DNA from: an uncultured Acidobacteriota bacterium
GTDB lineage: Bacteria; Acidobacteriota; Vicinamibacteria; Vicinamibacterales; Fen-181
DNA: 64,000 nt
Direction: 5' to 3'
Assembly (NCBI GenBank): GCA_963741715.1
Contig: CAVUJA010000003.1
Location: 167,854 to 231,853 of the forward strand
The notes under the pieces: generated by a model
What the model was told of the DNA's origin: nothing
What the model saw: only the letters and a program-made list of their open reading frames with translations
The model's database searches: none
Position numbers and translations under genes: made by a program
Part shown: positions 29,749 to 39,326 of the stretch, piece by piece
Numbering within the stretch: the first letter of the stretch is position 1
How the letters are laid out: each line of letters starts with the position of its first letter

Positions 29749-32700
29749 CTATGTCTTGAAGTAGCGCGCTGCCGGGTGGTGCACGAGCAGCGTGGCCGTG
29801 GACTGCTCGGGCACGAGCTGGCCGGCGCTCGTCAGCGACATCCCGAGGTCCTTCTCGGCTGGCAGCAGGTCGAACACCTTGCGGTGCTCCTCGACGTCGG
29901 GCAGCGCGCCGAAGCCCCAGGCGAAGCGCACGCCGCGTTCGGGCGGCAGGCCGAGCTCGCCGCGCATCTGCAGGAACAGGTGCTCGGTGGCCGCCTCGGC
30001 GGTCTGCACGGCCAGCCCGTGGAGGAAGAACGCCTCGCTGTATTCGTTCTTGGCGTCCATCGCGTCGAAGCGGGCTGTGGCGGCAGCCCCCACCGTCACG
30101 ACCTGCAGGGCCAGCACGTCCATCGCCTCCGAACCGATTGGCAGGAAGTAGTCGGCCAGGCACAGGCGGTCCTCGCCCCGCTGCCGCGGGAACGAGAACC
30201 GCGCGATCAGCTTCGCGCGGTCGCCGGGGTCGAACACCAGGACCTGGTTGCCCTCGGACTGTGCGGGGAAGTAGCCGTAGACGGCGGCGGGCGCGAGCCA
30301 GCCCTGGTCGACCGCCTGCTGCTTCATGCGCGCCAGGCGCTCGACGAACCCGGCGCGCAAGCCCTTCCACTCCGGTTTCGCCTGCGCGCGCACCTTGCCC
30401 ATGAGCGCGGCGTCGCCCCGTCCCTGCGATCCTCCCCCGCCCCACGTCGTCTTGAAGAGGCGCGTCTCGTTCAGGTGCTGAAAGACCTCGTCGAGCGGCA
30501 TCGCGCCGACGGTGCGCGTGCCCCAGAACGGCGGCACGGGCACGTCGGCCGCGCGGGTCTCGACAGCCGATCTGACGATCGCCGCCTCGTCGCTTGCCAC
30601 CGGGATCCTGCGCACCTGTGCCGCGCGCCTCTCGCCCTCCAACAACTCACGCCGAGCGGCCGGATCCACCAGCCGGTCCACCGCCTCCAGGCCCTCGAAC
30701 GCGTCGCGGCAGTAGAGCACGCCGCCGGAGTACGGCCGTTCCTCGATGAAGGTGATGTCGCGGCCGAACTCGCGGTTGATCGCGGCGCCGCCGACGAGCA
30801 CCGGGATCGCCAGGCCGCGTCGATCCAGCTCGCGCACGACCAGCGGCATCTGGCGCGACGTGGACACGAGGAGCGCCGAGAGGCCGATGACGTCGGCCTT
30901 CAACTCAACCGCCCGGTCGACGATGTCGTGCACGGGCACCTGCTTGCCGAGGTCGTGGACCTCGTAGCCGTTGTTCGCGAGGATCGTCTTGATCAGGTTC
31001 TTGCCGATGTCGTGCACGTCGCCGTACACCGTCGCCAGCACCACCCGGCCCTTGGCCGTTCCCTCGTTCTTCTCGAGGTACCGCTCGAGGTGCGTCACCG
31101 CCCGCTTCATCGACTCCGCCGACTGCAGGACGAACGGCAGGATCAGCTCCCCGCACCCGAACTTGTCGCCCACTTCCTTCATCGCCGGCAGCAGCACCTG
31201 GTTCAGGACGCGCACCGCCACCTGCGACGTGTCGGCGTTCGGGTAGGTGTAGCCCGGCTGCATCGGGAAGTTCGCGATGCCCGTGACCTCGCGGACGCCC
31301 TCGGCGACGACCGCGTCGATGTCGGCTTCGCAGCCTTCCGGCTGCCGGTGGAGGATCCGCCAGCGCAGCCGCTCGGCGGGCGGCATGCTCGCGGTCGCGT
31401 CGGCCGCGGCCGCCTGCCGCTGCTTCGCCCCCTCGAAGAACGCGATGAAGCGCGCCGCCGCATCGGGCCGGCGGTTGAACAGCAGGTCCTCGGCCAGTTC
31501 GCGCTGGGCGGCCGGGATGTCGGCGTAGGGCGTCACCTGCTTGGGGTTGACGATCGCCATGTCGAGGCCGGCCTGGACGGCGTGGTACAGGAACACCGAG
31601 TTCAGCACCCACCGCGCGGCCGGCTTGAAGCCGTACGACACGTTCGACACCCCGAGCGAGGTCAGCACGCCCGGCAGTTCCGCCTTGATGCGCCTGATGC
31701 CTTCGAGCGTCTCGACCGCCGTGACGGCGCTCTCCGCGTCGCCGGTGGCCAGCGTGAACGTGAGCGCGTCGAAGATCAGCGCGTCCGGCCGCAGGCCGAA
31801 TTCGCGGGTTGCGATGTCGTGGATCTTCCTGGCGATCTCCACCTTCCGGTCCGCCGTCCGCGCCATGCCGTGCTCGTCGATGGTGAGCGCGATGGTGGCG
31901 GCGCCGTAGTCCCGCACGAGCGGCAGCATGGCGTCGAGGCGCTGTCGCCCGTTCTCCATGTTGACCGCGTTGACGATCACGCGGCCGGGCGCCGCCTCGA
32001 GCGCCACCTCGAGCACCTCGGCCTCGGTGGTGTCGATCACGAGCGGTGCTTCCACGGCCTGGCTCAGCTTCCTGACCACCTGCGACATCAGGTACGTCTC
32101 GTCGCGGCGCTCCGTCATGGCGACGCAGATGTCGAGCGTGTGCGCGCCGCCATCGATCTGCTCGCGGCCAAGCGCGACGATGCCGTCGTAGTCCTCCGTC
32201 AGGAGCAGTTCCTTCATCTTCTTGCTGCCCTGTGCGTTGAGCCGTTCGCCGATGAGCATCGGCGGAGGATTCTGGACGAGGGCGGCCGTCGTCATGCCCG
32301 AAGACACGAGCGCGAGGGGCGCCTGGACCCGCGCACGCGGCCGGCGCGAGGCCAACTGCCCGGCCAGTGCGCGGATGTGCGCAGGCGTCGTCCCGCAGCA
32401 GCCGCCGGCGGCGTTCAGGTTGAATCGTTCGACGAAATCGGCCATCTCCCGCGCGAACTCGCGCGGCTGCAGCGGGTAGACCGCCCGGCCGTCGACGTTC
32501 TGCGGGAGCCCGGCGTTCGGCAGGCACGACACCGGGCGGGACGAGTGCTCGCCCAGGTATCCCAGGGGCGCCCGCATGTGTTCGGGCCCGGTCGCGCAAT
32601 TGATCCCGATCACGTCCACGGGCATGCGCTCGAGCGTCGTGAGCACCGCGGCCACATCGGTGCCCAGCAGCATCCGCCCGTTCGGGTCGAGCGTCACCTG

Positions 32701-34806
32701 GACCTGCAGCGGGATCTTTCGGCCGCTGCGCGCGAAGGCGTCCTGGACTCCCATGATCGCGGCCTTCACCTCGAGCATGTCCTGGGACGTTTCGATCAGC
32801 AGCAGGTCGCAGTCACCGTCGAGCAGCGCCTCGGCCTGCTCCGCGAAGACGGCGGCCAGGTCGCCGAACGAGATGTCCGACAGCTCGGGGTCGGACGACG
32901 AGGGCAGGCGGCCGGTCGGGCCGATGGAGCCGGCCACGAAGCGACGCCGGGCCGGGGTCGAGAACCGGTCGGCCGCGCGGCGCGCCAGGGCCGAGGCGGC
33001 GCGGTTGATCTCCGGCACCCGATCATCGAGGCCGTACTCGGCCATCGTCAGGCGATTCGCGCGGAACGTGCAGGTCTCGATCACGTCGGCGCCCGCCTCC
33101 AGGTAGGAGGCGTGAACGCGTTCGATGACCTCCGGCTTCTGGATCACGAGGTAGTCGTTGCAGCCGGCCAGACGTTCGCCGCCGAAGTCGGCGGCGGTCA
33201 ACTCCTGCTTCTGCACCTCGGTGCCCATGGCGCCGTCGAACACCAGCACCCTGGTGGCCAGCGCATCGAGGTAGCCGCGTTCCGTGAAGTCGGCGGGAGG
33301 ACGAGCCGCGGCTCGCGCCGCCCGGCTCCTCGTCCGGATCGTCAGTGCTTCGACGGCGGGATCCGTCAGGCGCGCGGGCAGTTCCTTCAGGGACGCCTCC
33401 CGGACCAGGCGCGGCACGATCAGCTCCCACCCGACGGCCATGATGTGCACGCCGCGGACACCCTGGAGCTTCCGGATTCGCTCGATGATCTCGAGCGAGA
33501 TCTGGAAGCCTTCCTCCTGGGGGTCGGGGGAACGTTCGAGACGGCTGATCAGTGCCTCCGGAATCTTGATCCCCGGCACCTGCGTCATCATCCGCGCGGC
33601 GCGGGCGCTGCGGATGGGCGTGATGCCCACGAGGAAGGGCGTGCGCGACAGCGCCCCGCTCTTGTCGAGCGCCTCGAGGTACTGCTGGAAGGCGTCCACG
33701 TCGTAGACCAGGTTGCTCTGGAAGAACTGCGCTCCCGCCTGCGACTTCTTCAGCTCGCGCTGCGCCTGGGTGTGAAGCGTCGAGGCGAAGGGCGACGCCG
33801 CGGCGCCCAGGAACAGTCGCGGCGGATTGGCGATGCCGCGGCCATCGAGCCACATCTTCGCGTCGCGCATGCGGCGGAGGATCCACAGCATCTGAATCGA
33901 GTCGAGGTCCCAGATGTCCATGCGGCCGTGGGGCGCTGGCCCCATGCGGGAGTGGTCGCCGGTCAGGCAGAGCACGTTGCGCACGCCGAGCGCCGCGGCG
34001 CCGAGGACCTCGGCCTGCAGCCCCATCCGCGTGCGGTCGCGGGCGGCGATCTGCATCACCGGCTCCACCCCCTGCTGGATCGCGAGCGCCGAACAGGCCA
34101 GCGACGACATGCGCGGCGTGGCCGACGGGTTGTCGGTGAAGTTCGCGGCGTCGATGTAGTCTCGGAGGATGTTCAGGGTGCGGGTCAGTTCGTCGGGGGC
34201 CACCGACAGCGGTGGCGCCACTTCGCTGGTCACGACGAACTGTCCGGCAGCCAGCTTCTGCTCGAGCGTCGAAACCGGCTGGTGCGGCGGCGCGGGGTGC
34301 GGCTGGTCGTCTCCCATCCACCAGACCGGCTGCCGGATCTCGCGGAAGATGGGGTCCCAGAATTCGCGACGCGTCTTCGGCGGCCTCGCGAGGCTCTTGG
34401 CCGCCGCGCCGAGGCCGCGTTCGCGCGCCTTCTGCAGGACCTCGGCCCACGTCTCCCGGCCGGTCCTGGACCAGTCGAGCGGCGGCAGGACCTCGAGCAG
34501 CCTGGAGGTCGTGCCGCGCCGCTCGGCACGCTCGTAGATGCGGTGCCAGATACAGGGACGCGTGGGATCGACGTAGCAGCCCTCGGGACTCGAGCCGCCG
34601 CAGGGGCCGTTGCGCAGGCCTTTCGGGCACTCCATCGGACAGATGAACGCCGTCTCCTGCAGGAGGCAGTTCCCGCACATGCGGCAGCCGAACAGGGCGC
34701 CCTTGACGCGGCGCTCGATCATCGCGAGCGCACGTTCCCAGAACGGGCGGCGCGAGAACGGGAAGTAGGGGGGCTGGAAGCGGCGGCCTGGCGTGAGTCC
34801 GGGCAT
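29749..34806 (-). CDS. metH: Fusion of MetV (MTHFR_C) + MetF (methylenetetrahydrofolate reductase) + cobalamin-dependent methionine synthase MetH, 1685 aa
   Basis: AGGAG+ATG 34806. CRMCGNC/CPMECPKGLRNGPCGG (MetV); FTDNPSATPRMSS, LCLTGDH, GVHIMAVG (MetF); DGAMGT, GSIGPTG, NCATGP, GGCCGTTP (Hcy domain); GERLNAQGSK, GVSNVSYG (pterin domain); GDVHDIGKN (B12); FPRQ, PEQST (activation domain). Confidence 0.88.
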   Translation of the reverse strand: MPGLTPGRRFQPPYFPFSRRPFWERALAMIERRVKGALFGCRMCGNCLLQETAFICPMECPKGLRNGPCGGSSPEGCYVDPTRPCIWHRIYERAERRGTTSRLLEVLPPLDWSRTGRETWAEVLQKARERGLGAAAKSLARPPKTRREFWDPIFREIRQPVWWMGDDQPHPAPPHQPVSTLEQKLAAGQFVVTSEVAPPLSVAPDELTRTLNILRDYIDAANFTDNPSATPRMSSLACSALAIQQGVEPVMQIAARDRTRMGLQAEVLGAAALGVRNVLCLTGDHSRMGPAPHGRMDIWDLDSIQMLWILRRMRDAKMWLDGRGIANPPRLFLGAAASPFASTLHTQAQRELKKSQAGAQFFQSNLVYDVDAFQQYLEALDKSGALSRTPFLVGITPIRSARAARMMTQVPGIKIPEALISRLERSPDPQEEGFQISLEIIERIRKLQGVRGVHIMAVGWELIVPRLVREASLKELPARLTDPAVEALTIRTRSRAARAAARPPADFTERGYLDALATRVLVFDGAMGTEVQKQELTAADFGGERLAGCNDYLVIQKPEVIERVHASYLEAGADVIETCTFRANRLTMAEYGLDDRVPEINRAASALARRAADRFSTPARRRFVAGSIGPTGRLPSSSDPELSDISFGDLAAVFAEQAEALLDGDCDLLLIETSQDMLEVKAAIMGVQDAFARSGRKIPLQVQVTLDPNGRMLLGTDVAAVLTTLERMPVDVIGINCATGPEHMRAPLGYLGEHSSRPVSCLPNAGLPQNVDGRAVYPLQPREFAREMADFVERFNLNAAGGCCGTTPAHIRALAGQLASRRPRARVQAPLALVSSGMTTAALVQNPPPMLIGERLNAQGSKKMKELLLTEDYDGIVALGREQIDGGAHTLDICVAMTERRDETYLMSQVVRKLSQAVEAPLVIDTTEAEVLEVALEAAPGRVIVNAVNMENGRQRLDAMLPLVRDYGAATIALTIDEHGMARTADRKVEIARKIHDIATREFGLRPDALIFDALTFTLATGDAESAVTAVETLEGIRRIKAELPGVLTSLGVSNVSYGFKPAARWVLNSVFLYHAVQAGLDMAIVNPKQVTPYADIPAAQRELAEDLLFNRRPDAAARFIAFFEGAKQRQAAAADATASMPPAERLRWRILHRQPEGCEADIDAVVAEGVREVTGIANFPMQPGYTYPNADTSQVAVRVLNQVLLPAMKEVGDKFGCGELILPFVLQSAESMKRAVTHLERYLEKNEGTAKGRVVLATVYGDVHDIGKNLIKTILANNGYEVHDLGKQVPVHDIVDRAVELKADVIGLSALLVSTSRQMPLVVRELDRRGLAIPVLVGGAAINREFGRDITFIEERPYSGGVLYCRDAFEGLEAVDRLVDPAARRELLEGERRAAQVRRIPVASDEAAIVRSAVETRAADVPVPPFWGTRTVGAMPLDEVFQHLNETRLFKTTWGGGGSQGRGDAALMGKVRAQAKPEWKGLRAGFVERLARMKQQAVDQGWLAPAAVYGYFPAQSEGNQVLVFDPGDRAKLIARFSFPRQRGEDRLCLADYFLPIGSEAMDVLALQVVTVGAAATARFDAMDAKNEYSEAFFLHGLAVQTAEAATEHLFLQMRGELGLPPERGVRFAWGFGALPDVEEHRKVFDLLPAEKDLGMSLTSAGQLVPEQSTATLLVHHPAARYFKT

Positions 34807-34844
34807 GCGGTCTCCTAATCGGCTGCGGCAAACGGGCGGGCCGC

Positions 34845-36458
34845 CTATTTCACCGGGCTCAGCGGCAGCGTCTGCCGTTTCGCCAGGCGAAGGAACGGAA
34901 ACAGGGCACCCTGCTCGGGAACGAGCTTGAACGCGCGGTACCGGATGAGGCCGAACGCGGCCTGCGGTTCGAGCAGGTTCGGGATGAGGTTCGCGGCCGC
35001 CTGGGCGCCGCTCACGTAGTAGTCGCCCCTCCGCACGGTCACCGTCACCGCCTTCTTCGTGACCGCGATGCTCTCGGGCGCCACGTAGTCCTCGGCGGCC
35101 GGCTTCACGGCGTCCACCCGGTACTGCTCGACCTGGACCGGCGCGTCGCTCGCGAAGGACCGCACCACGATGCCGTGCGCGCGCAGCGTCTCGACGACCG
35201 CCTGGTGCGCAGCCGGAATGATGTAGCCGTAGGCTCTCGGAACGGACAGCGTGACCTCGACGGCCGGGAACCAGTTCCGGACCGCCCCGCTGACCACCGT
35301 CGGCGGCGCGGCCGCCGCCGCGCCACCCGCGGGCCTGTCGAACGCTTCGAGCACGATCTCGGGCTGCTTGGGGTCGCGCGCGTAGACCATCCGAAGGTAA
35401 ACGAGGTCGTTCGGGGCCGGCGCCTGCGCCCTCGCCAGCAGCGCCGCCCTCGCCGACTTCACGATCTGCAGCACCTGCGCGGCGTTGCGCGCCGTCGACT
35501 GCACGAGCGCCTTGATCCCGAGGTACTGGTCGGCGGTCCGATCCTGCAGCGTGGGGATGTCGTGACGCGACGCACCCTCCTGGATGAAGGAGATCGTCTC
35601 GTAGATGCCGAGGCTGTTCCGGCCGTCGTTCAAGTCGGTGGTGCTCGGCCGCGTCAGCGTCTCGCGCCGGCTCTCGTCGGCCTGCGCGGGCGCGCCGGCC
35701 GCCCCCTGGCTGCCCATCGCCTCGGTGACCAGGTACTCGTGCCAGGTCGATCCGTTCGCCTCGACCAACGCCTCGGTGTCCTTGAAGACCGTGTCCATCG
35801 AGAAGCGCCGGATGGCGGCGGCGATGTTGGGGTTGGTCACGCAGCCGGTGGTCACGCGGTAGTAGTCGTCGCCCTTCTCGTGCACGTCGAGCGTGACCTC
35901 CGGCGTCCACTGGGCGAAGACCGCGTGGATGGCGCGCGTCTCGGGCGATTCGAGCTTCACGTGATCCCGGTTGAGGTCGAGGCCCTGCTCGTTCGCTCGC
36001 CGGTCGACGAAGTTGCCGTAGGGATTGGTCTGCGGCATCACGAGGACGTTCACCCGCTTCAACAGCGGCTGGAGGTCGCCGACCGCGAGGTCGCGGATCA
36101 GCGCGAGCGCCGCCTCCTTCCCCGACTGCTCGTTGCCGTGCTGCGCGGCCATCACGAGGATCGTCGGCTTCTTCCGGTCCAGCTCCTGCGGCGACGCGGT
36201 GCCGTTCTCGGAGATGACCGCCAGATAAACGGCGGCTGGCGGGAAGTCCGGCGCTTCAGCGGTCCTTCCCACCTCCAGCACCCTCACCCGCCGCGATGCC
36301 CCGCTCACCGTCTCTAGAAACGCCCAGATGTCGCGGTTCTGCGTGTAGCGTCCGAAGTCCGTCTGCTCGGCGGGCGTGCGGATCGGCGGTTGTGCCGAGG
36401 CGCTGGACCCGACGGCGGCGGATGCCGCGAGGATGAATGCCGTCAACGCTGTGCGCAC
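34845..36458 (-). CDS. Secreted M14 zinc carboxypeptidase-family protein
   Basis: GGAG+GTG 36458; signal peptide; QHGNEQSGKE, NPYG, DLNRDH, LDVHE. Confidence 0.82.
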   Translation of the reverse strand: MRTALTAFILAASAAVGSSASAQPPIRTPAEQTDFGRYTQNRDIWAFLETVSGASRRVRVLEVGRTAEAPDFPPAAVYLAVISENGTASPQELDRKKPTILVMAAQHGNEQSGKEAALALIRDLAVGDLQPLLKRVNVLVMPQTNPYGNFVDRRANEQGLDLNRDHVKLESPETRAIHAVFAQWTPEVTLDVHEKGDDYYRVTTGCVTNPNIAAAIRRFSMDTVFKDTEALVEANGSTWHEYLVTEAMGSQGAAGAPAQADESRRETLTRPSTTDLNDGRNSLGIYETISFIQEGASRHDIPTLQDRTADQYLGIKALVQSTARNAAQVLQIVKSARAALLARAQAPAPNDLVYLRMVYARDPKQPEIVLEAFDRPAGGAAAAAPPTVVSGAVRNWFPAVEVTLSVPRAYGYIIPAAHQAVVETLRAHGIVVRSFASDAPVQVEQYRVDAVKPAAEDYVAPESIAVTKKAVTVTVRRGDYYVSGAQAAANLIPNLLEPQAAFGLIRYRAFKLVPEQGALFPFLRLAKRQTLPLSPVK

Positions 36459-37843
36459 GATGGTGTCTCCGGGGGGCCCGGTTCGGCCGTCTCGAACCAG
36501 TTGAGTTTCTCGCGTAATCCGACCACGTCGCCGATGACGATGAGCGCCGGCGGCTGGACGCCGTTCGCCGCCGCCAGGTCCGCGATCTCGGTCAGGGATC
36601 CTGTCACGGTTCGCTGCGTCTGCAGCGTGCCGTTCTCGATGACGGCCGCGGGGCACCGGGGATCGCGGCCGCGCTCGAGCAGCTCTCGGGCGATCGCGCG
36701 GAGATTGTGGAGGCCCATGAAGATGACGAGCGATGCCGACGACCTCGCGTAATGGCTCCAGTCGACCGGCGAGGGATTGGTCACGCACTCGTGGCCCGTG
36801 AGGAAGACCAGCTCCGAGGTGACGTCGCGGTGCGTCAGCGGGATCCCCGCGTAGGCCGGGACCGCGACGCCGGCAGAGACGCCGGGCACGACCTCGAAGC
36901 GGATGCCCGACCGCCGGAGCGCCTCGGCCTCCTCGCCGCCGCGGCCGAAGATGAACGGGTCGCCCCCCTTGAGGCGCACGACTCGCCGGCCGGCTCGCGC
37001 CTCCTCGACGAGCAGCGAATTGATCTCGTCCTGCGGCAGCGTGTGGCGCTTGTCGCGCTTGCCGACGAAGATCCGCGCGGCATGCGGCGGGCACAGGTCG
37101 ATCAGGCCCGGGTCCACGAGCGCGTCGTAGACGACGGTGTCGGCGCACTCGAGCAGCCGGCGTCCTTTGACGGTGAGCAGCTCCGGGTCGCCAGGGCCGG
37201 CGCCGACGAGGTAGACGACGCCGGCCTGCCCGGCTTGCGCCCTTCGACTCCCGCTCGAAGCGGCCCGCGCGCGGTCGAGGGGCGGCTCGTGACCGGCGAC
37301 TTGCGGCATCGCATCCGGCGTGGCGCGGGCCTTCAGGCCCGCGAGCCTCTCGTCGCGCTCTCTGCCCGCCTCCTCGACGAGATCGGCATACTCCGGACCG
37401 AACTGCCGCTCGAGGTCCTGCCGGATCCGCCGAGCAAGCCCAGGGCAGCGCCCGTTGGTCGAGATCGCGATGGTCAGGTTTCCGCGCCGCACGAGCGCCG
37501 GCGTGACGAAGTCGCAGAGCTCGGGCTGGTCGACGGCGTTGAGCCAGACACCCTCGACGCGAGATTCCACGCGCACGGCCCGATTCACCGCGCGGTCCGA
37601 CGTCGCGGCGTACGCCATCCTGAAACCGCGCAGGTCGCCCGCTCGATAGGGGCGCGCCTTCCAGTCCAGGCGGCCTGCACGGGACCAGCTGATGATCGGC
37701 CCGGTGGCTTCCGGACTGACGACCGTCACCAGGGCGCCGGCCTCGAGCAGGTTCTCGACCTTGCGCTCGGCCACGGCCCCCCCGCCTACCACAATCGCGC
37801 GCTGCCCCGTGAGATCGACGAAGATCGGGTGGAGCCAACTCAT
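36443..37843 (-). CDS. cysG: Siroheme synthase (precorrin-2 dehydrogenase/ferrochelatase + uroporphyrinogen-III C-methyltransferase)
   Basis: VVGGGAVAERK, ISTNGRCP; VYLVGAGPGDPELLT, RLKGGDPFIFGRGGEE, PGVSAG. Confidence 0.93.
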   Translation of the reverse strand: MSWLHPIFVDLTGQRAIVVGGGAVAERKVENLLEAGALVTVVSPEATGPIISWSRAGRLDWKARPYRAGDLRGFRMAYAATSDRAVNRAVRVESRVEGVWLNAVDQPELCDFVTPALVRRGNLTIAISTNGRCPGLARRIRQDLERQFGPEYADLVEEAGRERDERLAGLKARATPDAMPQVAGHEPPLDRARAASSGSRRAQAGQAGVVYLVGAGPGDPELLTVKGRRLLECADTVVYDALVDPGLIDLCPPHAARIFVGKRDKRHTLPQDEINSLLVEEARAGRRVVRLKGGDPFIFGRGGEEAEALRRSGIRFEVVPGVSAGVAVPAYAGIPLTHRDVTSELVFLTGHECVTNPSPVDWSHYARSSASLVIFMGLHNLRAIARELLERGRDPRCPAAVIENGTLQTQRTVTGSLTEIADLAAANGVQPPALIVIGDVVGLREKLNWFETAEPGPPETPSCAQR

Positions 37844-37860
37844 GGAACCCTCATATCCGG

Positions 37861-37881
37861 CTTGCGGCTTGCGGCCTGCGG
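37861..37881. repeat. Heptamer array (CTTGCGG x3) between dsrN and cysG
   Basis: cttgcgg cttgcgg cctgcgg. Confidence 0.75.
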
Positions 37882-37895
37882 CTGCCACGTTGAGG

Positions 37896-39326
37896 TCAGG
37901 CCTTCAGCCGCGAACGATACCTTCGCGCCGCGGCGGCCATGCCGTCCGCCCACTCCGGCAACCCCGACGCGTGAACGTGCGCGTAGCTCGCCCAGACGCT
38001 GCCGGCGACCAGCGCGTCGCGGCCGGCGCCGCAGCCCGTTCCCCGCACGACCGCGCAGGCCGTCGGCGGCAGCGGCGAGACGATTCGCGAGTAGTGGAAC
38101 TCGTGCCCGCGAAGCAGCAGCCCGGGGGCGAAGAACGGGTTCGCCGCCTCCACCCGCAGCGACATATAACCGTGGCCCTGCGGCGACGCCGCCACCTCGA
38201 CGTCCGCGTCGAAAACGCCCGCCATCGCGTGTCGCTGGCCGCGCCACGCCACGCTCCTGGCCAGCAGCATGAGGCCGCCGCATTCGGCGTAGATCGGCAG
38301 GCCGCCGGCCGCCGCGTCGCGAAGCGACCGCAGCAGCGGGGGGTTGGCGGCGATCGACTCGGCATGCGTCTCGGGAAACCCGCCGCCGATGTAGAGCGCG
38401 TGAAGCCCCGGCGGCAGGCTGGCATCCGTCAGCGACGAGATAGGGACCAGTCCCGCACCCCTGGCCTCGAGCGCCTCCAGGTTCTCGGGATAGTAGAAAC
38501 TGAAGGCAGCGTCCGCAACGTAGCCGATGACCACGTCGCGCTCTGCGGCCGTCGACTGGTTGCCTGCGGCCTCGCCGCGACCGGCGCCGCCGACGCTTGG
38601 CGTCGACGCACGCGGCGCCGCCGCGCGCACGATGGCCTCGAAGTCGAGATGGTCGCACGCAACCTGCCGGACGAGGCGCTCCGTCCGGTCGAGGTCCTGG
38701 TGTTCGCCCGGCGGCACGAGGCCCAGGTGCCTTCCGGGCAGGGCGGACGCGTCGTCGAATCGAGGGATGGCGCCGACGACGGGAACGCCGCAGAGGCCCT
38801 CGATGGCCTCCCGCGCCACCGCCTCGTGACGCCGCCCGCCGACGTGGTTCAGCACGACACCCGCGAACCGCAGCGTCGGGTCCAGCGCCTGGCAACCCCG
38901 GACGAGCGCCGCGGCCGTGCCCGTCGTCTTGCGGACGTTGACGACGAGCAGCACGGGCGCGTCGATCAACTCGGCCAGCGCGGCCGTGCTGTGCGTGCCG
39001 GCCGCGTCCAGCCCGTCGAACAGTCCCCGGTTTCCCTCGACCACGTTCAGCGCCCGCCGCGCCTGGCCGGCGGCCTCCACCGCTGCGTGGCGGGCGAACG
39101 TCTCGGCCACGACCGAGGGCTCGGCCAGGAACGTATCCAGGTTCCTCGCCGGCGTGCCGGCCGCCCACGTCAGCCAGGCGGCGTCGATGTAGTCGGGGCC
39201 CTTCTTGAACGCGCGAACGTCGAAGCCCCGCTGGCGGGCGGCGTGCACGAGCGCGAGCGACACCAGCGTCTTGCCCGAATCGCCGGAAAGTCCGGCTACG
39301 ACCACCCGAGGCGCGCGAATCGCCAT
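37896..39326 (-). CDS. dsrN: Siroheme amidase DsrN (cobyrinate a,c-diamide synthase CbiA family)
   Basis: GLSGDSGKT, FKKGPDYID, VEGNRGLFDG, GGGFPE, AECGGLM, GHEFHYS. Position after dsrP supports dsrN. Confidence 0.85.
   Translation of the reverse strand: MAIRAPRVVVAGLSGDSGKTLVSLALVHAARQRGFDVRAFKKGPDYIDAAWLTWAAGTPARNLDTFLAEPSVVAETFARHAAVEAAGQARRALNVVEGNRGLFDGLDAAGTHSTAALAELIDAPVLLVVNVRKTTGTAAALVRGCQALDPTLRFAGVVLNHVGGRRHEAVAREAIEGLCGVPVVGAIPRFDDASALPGRHLGLVPPGEHQDLDRTERLVRQVACDHLDFEAIVRAAAPRASTPSVGGAGRGEAAGNQSTAAERDVVIGYVADAAFSFYYPENLEALEARGAGLVPISSLTDASLPPGLHALYIGGGFPETHAESIAANPPLLRSLRDAAAGGLPIYAECGGLMLLARSVAWRGQRHAMAGVFDADVEVAASPQGHGYMSLRVEAANPFFAPGLLLRGHEFHYSRIVSPLPPTACAVVRGTGCGAGRDALVAGSVWASYAHVHASGLPEWADGMAAAARRYRSRLKA

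Noticed and set aside
28840-34818. 1992-aa plus-strand ORF and many other long ORFs (e.g. 4570-7440, 21793-24708, 55647-58610)
   Set aside because: Antisense or off-frame shadows of real genes, typical of very high GC DNA; Arg/Gly/Ala-rich with no motifs.
34807-34844. SAM or cobalamin riboswitch upstream of the metH fusion
   Set aside because: The spacer is only 38 nt and has no recognisable conserved elements.
37896-39326. Cobalamin biosynthesis cbiA
   Set aside because: No other cbi/cob genes nearby; the position between dsrP and cysG fits DsrN.
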